A stretch of 64,000 nt of DNA from the NCBI GenBank assembly GCA_002104945.1, contig MCFH01000001.1, forward strand, positions 1,860,001-1,924,000. The letters are read 5' to 3'. The notes below the pieces were generated by a model that worked only from the letters and a program-made list of their open reading frames with translations, was not told the origin of the DNA and did not search any database. How positions within the stretch are numbered: position 1 is the first letter of the stretch; the number at the start of each line of letters is the position of its first letter. Of this stretch, positions 1 through 13,230 are shown piece after piece. A program made the position numbers and the translations under genes. This stretch comes from Piromyces finnis finn (taxonomy: Eukaryota; Fungi; Neocallimastigomycota).

Positions 1-30
1 ATTGATTGCTTATATAAATTTTTAAATTAG

Positions 31-880
31 TACGCTGAATATAAAATGTTGTTTGATAATAATCATCCAAGATGTCCAATATGGAAAAAATATTTTGATG
101 AAACATCTAAATTCAGATGTTTTATAAGCGGTGCTCCTTTAAATCCAATGGTCAAAAAATGGTTTAAGGATACTTTAAATATTAATAGTATTTCTTGTTT
201 TGGATCATCTGAAGGTAGACTCATATTATATGAAAATCATACTGATCCACTATTACCGGGTGAAGAAGGATATTTTTGTAGAATTCCATGGATTGACTTC
301 CTCTTAAAACCACTTAATGATGATGATCCTAATATCGGTGAACTTTATACTCATTCTGATGTCTCTGTTCTTGGCTACTTTGGAAGAGCTAAACCTGGTG
401 AATTTTATGATTCTCCTGTTCCAGGAATGCGTTGTGACATTGGCACAGCTAATGAATCTAATGAATTTAATGAATCTAATGAAAATGGTGGAAATGGTAG
501 AAATGAGATTGTTGAAAATAAAAATATATTAAACAAAACAAATGAAAATTTCTCTAACAAAATTCAAGCAAACTAATATATTATCAAGAAAATTGAATAA
601 ATACTTCTCTCCTGCCATCCTCTTCAACTACGGTAATACTTATGCTCTAGCTATATTCATTACTGGAAATACAGAAAAAAGAAATAAAGACTTTAAAGAA
701 TCTATTTCTTCTTCTTCACCTCATGAAAAATAATGAAAAGATCGCTATCATCGGTATAGGTCTTCGTTTACCTGGCGCTATTAACAATGCTAAATCTTTA
801 TGGATGTCTTTAGCTAAAGGAGAGGATTGTGTTTTACCACCTCTTAAAAACAGAGACTTACATCGTAATTACGTTAATAA
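31..880 (+). pseudogene. Fragmented tandem paralog of the A-T-KS gene (last-exon relic with two large internal deletions and a frameshift; any earlier exons lie outside the window)
   Basis: After an AG acceptor at 29-30 it aligns to 4111-4534, then jumps to ~5115-5234, then to ~5505-5815 of the intact gene. 280-448 is identical to 4366-4534. The ACP GIDSL serine is deleted, a small deletion near 728 shifts the frame, and homology stops at ~880. Confidence 0.9.
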
Positions 881-2226
881 AATAAATATAAAATTAATAT
901 TATATATATGACGAAAATAATGCATTTTATATTTTCTTTTTTTTTTTGTAATATGGTTAAATTATAGAAAAAAAAGATATTATTTTATATTTTTTCTTTT
1001 TCATTAGCTATTTTTATTATTATTATTAGTATTAGTATTATTATTATGTTTATGTTTATTATGTTTATTATTATTTCTAAAAAAAAATGTTTTGTTTTTT
1101 ATGACAAATTTTTATTGCCTGAAATAATGAGATTTTAATAAACCTATCATCATAATTACAAAAATAAATGTATACAGTAACTATTATTGTATACATTTGC
1201 TTTTGTAATTCTGAAAAAGAAAATATTAATATTATTATTCTGATCTTTTTAATCTTATCCACTATTCACTATAATAAAGAAAATACAAAGTTAAATATAT
1301 TAGTCATATATTAAAGTATGTCCAGTATATTTACTTATTGTAACACTATATTAAAAAATTTAAAAAAAATGAAATAAAGCCTAAATATTGTATTATATAA
1401 ATAAAATTTAATTAAAATGGGAAATCTGTATCCTAAAATACAAAAAAAAAAATAAATTCTATGGTCTTTATTAAAAATATAAAAAGATATATTTTTGTTC
1501 ATTTCATTATAGTGATATATATATCTATTATGGATATGATTAAATATTATTTATTTCATTATTTTCTATGCCCATATGTCCATTATATAAAAATTATTAA
1601 ATTAAGTAATTAATATAAAACCTTTTTTTAATTTTAAAAAAAAGGTTTGTTAAGTAAAACATAATTAAAAGCAGTTCTTTAATTATATTAACAGTTACAC
1701 AAAATTAAATTTCTTAATTTTCTTTAAAATAACATTTTAAAAAAAAAAAACAATTTACCTATAATTATATTAAATAGAGTTTATAATGTTGATTAATAAT
1801 TTCTATTCCTTCATTAAAAAATAAATTTATTATTGGATAATTAATTAAAATAAATATAAATCGTTTACATAGTTTTTCTTCAAAACAAAAAACATAATTA
1901 ATGATTTCTTTATATGGAAATGAATGAAAAATAAAAGAATTAAAAAATAAATTGATTTAGAAATGTAGTTTGATTATTGGTTATTATTTATTAATTGAAA
2001 AAAAATATATATTTTTTTTTATCTTTATCGAAATAAAATAAAATATAAATACCTATTAAATAACATTTATTATATATTTTTAGTAGTAAAAAAAAAATAA
2101 ATAAATAAATTTCAAATTCCATATTATTCATATTTATAATTTATAACAAATAACAATAGAAATATTAAAAAATTATTATATTTATTCTGTAAATAATAAG
2201 AAGAATTTAATTTAAAATATATAGAA

Positions 2227-2455
2227 ATGGTTTTTATTGATGAAACTGATTTTAGAGGTAATCTCGCTTTAGAAAAAAAACTTTTTTTAACTACTGAAGA
2301 TGAAGAAACGTACGTATATAATATAATATAAATATATTTTTAAAAAGAAAAAACATATATTCAATTATTTTTTTTAATTGAATCTCATTTTGTAATTACT
2401 TTAATTCCTCTTCCTCCTCATTATTAATTATTAATTATTATTATTATTATTATTA

Positions 2456-2486
<31 letters not shown>

Positions 2487-2487
2487 C

Positions 2488-2583
<96 letters not shown>

Positions 2584-2671
2584 GTTTATTATTATGTTTA
2601 TTATTATTATTATTATTATGTTTATTATTATTATTATTATTATTATTATGTTTATTATTATTATTATTATG

Positions 2672-2712
<41 letters not shown>

Positions 2713-5700
2713 GTTTATTATGTTTATTATTATTATTATATTTATTATTATGTTTATTATATTTATTATTAATATGTTTATTATTATTATATATCTCATA
2801 AAATAAAAATATTCTTTTAGAAAGATATTATATGACTCTGATAATATAATCGATAAAATCAATATTCGTTTCAGTGGTGTTGTTAAAGATAAAGAAGCAA
2901 TTATTGCAAAAGAAAATATTTTACCTATACCATTCAAAGGTGTTCCAAGTCCAAATTTTCCTGAACCTTGGTTAACCGTATCTTTTGAAGAATTTCTTTC
3001 TCTTATTAAAGCTTTAGCTTACGTTCTAAAAAAGAAATATGATTTTGCCCCTGGAACAAGAGTAGGTATCATTGCTAATTCTCTACCAATGACTCAATTA
3101 ATGATCTATGCTTTATGGATGATTCGTTGTATTGTTGTTAATATCCCACCAAAACTAGGTAATGACGTTAAACAATATTGGGTTAAACATTGTGATGTTA
3201 AAATGATTTTCTATGATATGAATTTCAGACCTTCAACAAATGAGGAAGAAAATAAAAAATTAAACAAGCAAAGCCAATGGATTTGGAAATGGTATCATGA
3301 TTTAACTGAAGAAGATGAAGGTTTAAGTGCTGGCAAAGAAGGTGTTTTAATGTCATACATTTATGATGAAGAATTCCGTAATGAAATTTTACAAACAAAA
3401 TTAGAAGGAAAGGGTTATGAAAGAAAAGGTGATAAAGATGATGTTCTCACAGTTATTGGTACTTCATCTTCTTCTCAAGCCATTATTAAAAATGGACAAT
3501 ATTCTAGTAAGTTAAATTATATACTATTCAAATTACAATAAATTTTAAACTATGTATCTAAAATTCATTCTTTTATTAATATTTTTCAAAAATTAAGAAA
3601 TGAAATTCGTTCCATGGCAATGTGTCCATATTGTAGATAAATATAATGCATATCGTGCACCATTTGTAAAAAAATATTCACCATTATTCAAGCTGTAAAG
3701 TTTCATTTTATAGTGGCATAACTATCTTTATATTAATAATTTCAATATATTGATTTAATTATTTTTTACATTAAAAAATTTTCATTTTTAATAAAATAAT
3801 TAATAATAGTGTACCATTCCATCATGCTATGGGTGTAGCTTGTACTATTGGTTATTCAATTGGTAATGGTAGTGGTATCATTTATCATACCCAACAGTTA
3901 CAAGATATTGGTTTCATTCCAGAAATGGTATTAGATGATATGGCAGAAACAAGGCCTCTTAATACTTTCCAATTCCCATTCCATGTAACTATTTTTACTT
4001 ATTTTATAAAAAAACATAAATTATATTATTTCATATTTATTAATTAAAATATCTATAACTTTTTTTACTATTTAATATATTTTTTTCATATATTAATAAA
4101 AATACTATAGTATGGTGAATATAAAAAGTTGTTTGATAATAATCATCCAAGATGTTCAATATGGAAAAAATATCTTGATGAAACAAAAGAACATAGAAAT
4201 TTTGTTACTGGTGGTGGTCCTTTAAATCCAATGGTCAAAAAATGGTTTATTGATAATCTTGATGTTTATATTACTAATGGTCTTGGCTCAACCGAAGGTG
4301 GTAATATTATGTTTGAAGATTATGTAACCCGTCCACCAATTCCAGGTGAAGAAGGATACTTTATGAGAATTCCATGGATTGACTTCCTCTTAAAACCACT
4401 TAATGATGATGATCCTAATATCGGTGAACTTTATACTCATTCTGATGTCTCTGTTCTTGGCTACTTTGGAAGAGCTAAACCTGGTGAATTTTATGATTCT
4501 CCTGTTCCAGGAATGCGTTGTGACATTGGCACAGATGAAATCTTTGTTAATATACACGGTAAAAGATATTACAAAACTAATGATATAGTAAAACGTTCAC
4601 CTATTTCTGGAAGATATAGATATGTTTCTAGAATTGATAGTATTATTACATTTGCAACAGGTTTAAAAATGAATCCTCTACCATTTGAGGGTGCAATCAC
4701 TTATGAATGTAAAAATATTACTCGTTGCTGTCTCATTTTAGATTTCACTCAAACTGAGGTGGTTTGTTTTGTCGAACCAAATTGGAATGAAATCATCATT
4801 GACAATAAAAATTTCGATACTTCGATCGATCCTTCAACTCTTGACAAAGAAACTATTAAATCTATGAATAAGGCTGCTAAACAGCAAACCTGGAATAGCA
4901 TTTACAAGGTTTTGATGGATGAAAAAAAGAGCTTAACTAGTTGGACTAAACAATTAACTATCAATAATATTTATATTATTGATTATGGAAAAAAATTCCC
5001 AAGCACAGATAAAGGTTCTCTTTCAAGAAGAGTTGCTAGATTACAATACAATCATGTTTTAAAATATATTTCTAAATTAATCAGTGGTGAAATTACCGAA
5101 ATTCCTGATGAACCTAATGAACCTAATGAATCTAATGAAAATGGTGGAAATGGTGGAAATGAGATTGTTGAAAATAAAAATATATTAAACAAAACAAATG
5201 AAAATTTCTCTAACAAAATTCAAGCAAACTTTAATAAAAGTACGGTTGATAAGATTCTTGATATGGAAGATAATGAAGACATTTCAAAAAATGATAATGC
5301 AAAGAATATTAAAGTCAAAAAGGAAAATTCAAATGAAATTAAAAAGAGTAATGAAGAAATTACTAAAGAAATCGAGGATTGTATAATGCTTATTTATCAG
5401 TCAATTAAAGAAATTATTCCTTCAACTCCTGACTTCGAATTATTCAATCCTGAAAATCCTTTCAATATTTATGGTATTGATTCACTCTCTACTATCAAAT
5501 TAACTAATATATTATCAAGAAAATTGAATAAATACTTCTCTCCTGCCATCCTCTTCAACTACGGTAATACTTATGCTCTCGCTAAATTCATTACTGGAAA
5601 TACAGAAAAAAGAAATAAAGACTTTAAAGAATCTATTCCTTCTTCTTCACCTCATGAAAAGAAAAATAGTGAAAAGATCGCTATCATCGGTATGGGTCTT

Positions 5701-8373
5701 CGTTTACCTGGCGCTATTAACAATGCTAAATCTTTATGGATGTCTTTAGCTAAAGGAAAGGATTGTGTTTTACCACCTCTTAAAAACAGAGACTTACATC
5801 GTAATTACGTTAATAAACCAAGTGAATTGTTAGATCCATCAGAACATAATATCCCTCGTTTAGGTCTCTACGATACTAGATCAAATGTTGCAAAACCATC
5901 TCAATTTGATGCTGCTTTCTTCAACTGCTTACCTGACGAGGCTTTATCTCTCGATCCAAGGCACCGTTGGATCTTAGAAACAAGTTGGGAAGCCTTAGAA
6001 AACGCAAATATTGCTCCTAATTCTTTAGAAAACTCATCTACTGGTGTTTTCGTCGGAATTAACGATGATCATGAATACTCGGATTTAATGACTGAATGTG
6101 GTATTGAAACATCAATCGCTAGTCATGGTTCAAGTCCAAGTGGTATCGCTGGTCGTTTAAGTTATTTCTATCGTTTATACGGCCCTTCTTTCACAATTGA
6201 TACTGCTTGCTCAACAGGTGCTACCGCACTTCACACTGCTTGCCGTTCATTACAACATCATGATTGTAACTTATCTATCGTTTCTGGTGTCAAATATATG
6301 TATTCTTCAAAGAACTTTTATAAAACATGTGCTGCCAGAATGACTTCACCACATGGTCGTTGTGCTACTTTCGACAAAGATGCTGACGGTTTCGTTCCTA
6401 GCGAAGGTTGCGTCACTTTTATTTTAAAGCGTTTAGACGATGCTATCCGTGATAACGATAACATTCTTTCTGTCATTTTAAGTACGAGCAGTGGTCAAAG
6501 TGGCCTAAGACAATCTATTAGCGCTCCTTCCTCCGAAGGTCAGGCTATCAACATGCGTAAAGCTATGGAATTTGCTGGTATTAAACCCGAAGACGTTTCT
6601 TATATTGAGGCTCATGGTACTGGTACTCCATTAGGTGATGCTTTAGAAGTACATGCTTTGAACGAAATTTATGCTGGAAGTCATACAGAAGAAAATCCTC
6701 TCGTTGTTGGTAGTATTAAAACAAATATTGGTCATACTTGCGAAACTGCTGGTTTAGCTGGCATCGCTAAAGTCATTGTTTCTATGCAACACAAATATAT
6801 TCCAAAGAATCTTCACTTTAATACTTTAAATCCAGAAATAGATGTTAAATTAATTCCAATGAAAATCCCAACTAAAAATCTACCTTGGAATTCTTCTGAT
6901 CCAAATAAACCACTTATCGCTCAAGTCTCTTCTTATGGTCTTCAAGGTAGTATCATTCATGTTTTCTTAGAAGAATACATTCCAAAAAACAAAAATACTG
7001 AAAATAACGCCAATAAAAAAAATAGTAACATAAATAGAAATGAAAATGAAAATAAAAACGAAAATGAAAATGAAAATGAAATTAACGAAATCAATAATAT
7101 TAATGAAAAAGAAAATCATATTTTAACTATCAGTGCTAAATCTTATTCTGCTTTAGTTGAACTCTGTAACACTTACATGAATATTCTTGAAAAAATGGAA
7201 GATGAAGAAGAAGATGTTAGTGATCTTTGTTACTCTTCAAACGTCGGTAGACAACAATTTGATCAATTTAGATTGTCTGTTTATGGTAAAAATGCTTCGG
7301 AATTATACAATAATCTTGAAATTGAATTAGAAAATTTTGAAAATAGGAATAAGAAAATAAACGATAATCAAAGTAGCTATAATAAAACTATTAATCAAAC
7401 AATAAATATTATTGCTGAAGATAATTTGGCTTCAGAAAATGCTTTTCTTCTTTATAAATTACTTGTTGAATTATACATATCTCGTCCTGAATTTAAACAA
7501 GCTATTGAAGAATGTGACGCTATCATTACTACTATTAGTAATAATGTCTATTCTTTAGTTGATGACATTACTTCAAAGGGAATGAACATTAATGAAAGCA
7601 AGGATGCATTCAAAAACATAAAAATACTTTCATTCTATTATGCTTTATCTAAAGTTATAGATAATGAATTGAATGTTAAACAATCCATTTTTGGTGGATA
7701 TGGACTTGGTGAAATCATTTCTATTTTAATCAACAATGGCATTTCTATTGAAAAAGCAATTCGATTCCTAAAACTTGTCAATGATAATAAAAGTGAAAGC
7801 GATCCTGAGCAATTTATCAACTCTTGGTACAACGAAAAGGAAAAAGATGAATATAAATTAAATAAGAATGTCTATTCTTCTAGCCATCAAAAGATTCTTA
7901 CTGCCGGTGAAGTAATTTCAAAAGATTATTATATTATCCTATTCCACAGTTTAATTGATACCACTACCACTAATAAGGAAGACCAACTAACCAATATGTG
8001 CGACTTTATAATAAAAGAATATGGTAAAAAATGTAAAAACATTTCAATTTTCAGTAATGATACAATCATAAACAATCAATTAAAAGATAATTTTGAAAAG
8101 AAAGCTATTGAAAATAAATATTCACAAATTACTGGAAATAAAATCATTTCCTTCTTTGAAGACAAATGTACAAGCATTGATGAATGTGAAAAAAGAATTT
8201 TACCAAGATTTATTTCAAATAATTATAATGTTAATAATGAAATTAATTGGAATGAATTTCATAAAAGAATTAATAGCCTTAACTTTAAAGAATACTATCA
8301 TAAAAAGGTTGAATTACCAAACTATCCATTCCAACGTTCAACTTACTGGCCAAAACCTATTAATAAAAAGTAA
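2227..8373 (+). CDS. Hybrid adenylation (ANL/NRPS-like) - ACP - ketosynthase - degenerate acyltransferase protein, ~1767 aa; exons 2227-2309, 2821-3506, 3598-3694, 3810-3984, 4111-8373
   Basis: All introns are GT-AG with consistent phases (5304 nt total). A-domain motifs: VPFHHAMG, GSTEGG, YKTNDIV, RIDSII..GLKMNP, PSTDKG. ACP GIDSL (Ser 5482-5484). KS triad DTACS (Cys 6208), EAHGTGT (His 6613), NIGHT (His 6733). KS-AT linker ISAKS...GR. AT-like GYGLGE (7696-7713). Post-AT linker YPFQRSTYW lies just before the stop. Confidence 0.93.
2420..2790. repeat. Compound (TAT)n microsatellite with TATGTT interruptions inside intron 1 of the A-T-KS gene
   Basis: Direct reading: tattattat runs interrupted by tatgttt. 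Confidence 0.95.
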
Positions 8374-8600
8374 TTTTAATAATTCCCTTAATACAAACAA
8401 TAGAAATTATTATATTTAGTAAAAAAAAAAAAGTTTAAAAATATTTATTTATATTATTCCTAAAAAACATAATAATTATTTATAAATTTGTAGTTTTATC
8501 ATAATAAAGATAAAAAAAAAAATACATCCATATATATATATTTCTTAAAATTTCTTAAAAAAAAACAGTAATGAAATAGAAATAATAATAAATAATAGTA

Positions 8601-8637
<37 letters not shown>

Positions 8638-9829
8638 TAAAAAAAAATATAAAAATCATTATTAATAATAATATTAGTAGCATATAGTAAAATAAAACAT
8701 TTTAAAATTGTGTATTAGCAAAATTCTATGGGTTAGCTTTAAAAAAATAAATTATTATTTCACAAGTTATAAATTATTCAAAATTGTAAACTTAAGATTT
8801 AATATTAAAAAGCACTATTATAAAATAACAATTTTTTTAAAAATAAATAATAAATTTTAAACAATAAAAGAATTAAAATAAAAAAGTGGAGTATTGAAAA
8901 TTCAAAATAGATATAAACACCCGAAACTCACTATTCTAAATTGTTTATTAAGTACAATACTAAAAAATTACATTTTATATTTTTTATATAAAGATAAACG
9001 CTTTTACAAAACATTTATATTATCTAAAGTATAATAGTATATAGGCAGTCTTCACTTTTTTTTTTTATAACCCTTTTCTAAAAAAAAACCAAAAAAAAAA
9101 ACCAAATAAATCTTATATTAGACTTAATACCATACAATATTTCAAAAATTTCTATAAAATATAAAATTAATACATTGAGGAACTCTAAAATATTACATTT
9201 AACAATATAATGAATAATGATATTTATAATCTATGATTATATTATCCAACTTTGATAAGAAAAAAATAATAAACTTCTTTACTAATTTGATATTGAATTA
9301 AAAACTGAAAGAATAATAAAAATAAAATATATGTTGTTTTTATTTTTAGTGCAATAATTTTTAGTTTAATAATAATCATTTCAACAATATTAAAAAATAA
9401 AAAAAAAATTAATAACTGTGTATATTTATCATTATATATAAAAAAACTTTTATTAGATTCTGAAGTATTAATAACAATAATAAAAAAGAAACAGTGAAAA
9501 TTTATAAAATTTAAATGGGTTAAGTTATTTCATATTTTTTGATATGAAATTAAAATATATATTTAAAAATTATTAATGCTATGCTTATATAAAAGTTTAA
9601 AAATAAAATTAAATAATAATGATAGAAAGAAGATTTTCTTAAAAATTCTTGAAGAATTCCTCAATTTAATAATTATACATATAGACATTCTTGAATAATT
9701 CTATTAAAATAGAAGATAAGCTCCATTTATGCCAAAAAAATTGCTTATTTTTATAATTAAAAATAATGGGTATATAAAAATCTAAATTATTTTTTTATAA
9801 TAGGAAATAAATTGTTGATTATCATTAAT

Positions 9830-10335
<506 letters not shown>

Positions 10336-10392
10336 ATAATAATAGTATAATATAACCATTATTAATCGTATATTATTGTTTAGGCAATCAAT

Positions 10393-10565
10393 TTTTGGAA
10401 CACGGTCTAGACTTTGTAATATAAATCATGTGAGATTACATTAATTTATAAAAAAAATATTAATTACAATACTAATTGTAAAACAAATATTTATTATTGT
10501 TTAGGATATATTAACTTTTGGAACATGGTCTAGATTTTGTAAAATAAATCATGTGAGATTACATT
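10393..10565 (+). repeat. Two ~50-bp near-identical direct repeats (period ~123 bp), each with a GTCTAGA core
   Basis: ttttggaacacggtctagactttgtaatataaatcatgtgagattacatt versus ttttggaacatggtctagattttgtaaaataaatcatgtgagattacatt; a third degenerate unit gaacatgatctagac lies at ~10596-10610. Confidence 0.9.
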
Positions 10566-11003
10566 GATTTATCATTATTATTTACATCATTTGTAGAACA
10601 TGATCTAGACTCTATGATTACAACAATACTAAGTATCATGTATTAATTTTTAAAACAAACTATGTAATAAAATTATGTATATTTATTATTATGTACAATT
10701 TCATAAATATAAAAAAGAATATAGTCTAGACTCAATTATAATTAAATAACATTAGTAATAATATTAATAATAGTAAGAAAAAAGAATAAAGTCTAGATTT
10801 ATTGTAAAATTAAAAATTATATTAAATTATTAAGGATATGAAATATTTTATTATGAATTTCTTGATAATGAAAAACACAAAAAAAAACTAATATATTTAA
10901 ATTTTATATATTTAAAAAGTTGGAGATATACTTTTAATATGAAATAATGATTGTACTTTGTGACTATTTTAATTAAAATATATTATTTCTTTTTTTCTCT
11001 TTC

Positions 11004-11034
<31 letters not shown>

Positions 11035-12654
11035 TATTATAAAAAAGAGTGATTTTAAATTCGATTATGAATAAAAGAATTCAACTTTTTTTTCTATGTT
11101 AAAAAACATCTTTTCTTATTGGTTATTGTTTTCTGTAAAAATCAGTTTTTTTTATAAAGTTACATACCCATTATCATAATGATTAGTATAGTTTATTAAT
11201 TATATTTTTGACCAATAATGTTTTAAAGTTTAATAATAATATAAATAGGAAAGAATTGTGTTCTGGAACTTCTTACTATTATTTATTTTGTTGTTTTATT
11301 ATTGATGATATTGTTCACCAATTCAATAATTTTGACTATAAAAGGAAATAATTTGCCATTTTTAATTAAGATATGATGTAATAATTAAAATGGAAAGGTG
11401 TTTATGGTGGATAATTTATATTTTTATTGAATGAAAGAAGTACCAAAAAAAATAAACAAATTAAAATATAATAATAATATATATATTTCTAATATTTTAT
11501 TAATATATGATGAATAAAAAATTAATAATATTTATTATATATTTTATACTATTGTAATTATAATAGATTAAAATATTTAGTATTCTAAATATTTAGTGTT
11601 ACACCTGCTCCATGTTATAGATCTAGACCGAGTTTCCTTTTTTGTTAAGGATAAACGAAATTTAGACCTTTTTAATTTATTTTAATACATAAATCAGTTA
11701 ATAATTAAATTATTAAGATTTTCTTTTCAATTTTAATTATTATACTATAAAGTTTTAATTTATTATGAAATATTTAATTAAAAATTTGACTTAATAATTT
11801 ATTTGTTAGGTTTTTATGGAATAAATTTTATATGTAAGTATTGTTTTTGATATTAAACTCTAATTAATAATTATTAATCTTTAAGTAAGGAATATTTTCT
11901 ATCATAATAATATTAATAAAAAAAAAGAGGAATGACTATTTTATTTTGAATATTAAAGATTTTCCAATAGGAGATTATATTTAAAAACCATTTTTTTTAT
12001 ATGGTTATAAGGGTTAATGTCATGCTATTAGAGTTATGAACAAATAACAATTAACACCAACTCTATTCTTATTTAAAATGCTTGAATTCTAAACTTTTGT
12101 CATTATTAAATGTAGCTTTATTTATTTATTACATCATTTTGGCTAGGCAGTTTATTTTTTTTTATTAATAAATATTTTAAATATAGTTATAACAATTAGA
12201 ATCTAGACTTTTTTTTCTCTAAATACTAAGTTATAATATTTTATTAACTTTAATATTATTCATTTATTTTCATTTAATATTAAAGTTTTTTTTTAATTTA
12301 CTATAAAATTCATTATTATTTTCGTACATACGAAAATATTTAAAATTTGTTATATAATAGAATTAGAACTAATTACTATTGTAATTTTTCATTTAAATTA
12401 AATTTCCATTTTTATTCAACAAAAAAGGATTCCAAACCTAGATCTTTTAAAAAGGAGCTTCTTTTTTTTTTTTACTTTAATTTCATTGGTCACCATTAAT
12501 AACCATAGTAAAATAACAAAATATAATTATCATTAGAACACAAAATAATTGTTTATAATAATTTTTTATATATAAATTTATATATTTGTAGAATACTAAA
12601 AAATTGAAGTAATTTAGTATAATTTTATAATTTTATAAATGTAATATATTATTT

Positions 12655-13230
<576 letters not shown>

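Noticed and set aside
2431-2937. Poly-Ile/Asn ORFs (also 2582-2806)
   Set aside because: Stop-free frames of a TAT microsatellite inside intron 1 of the synthase.
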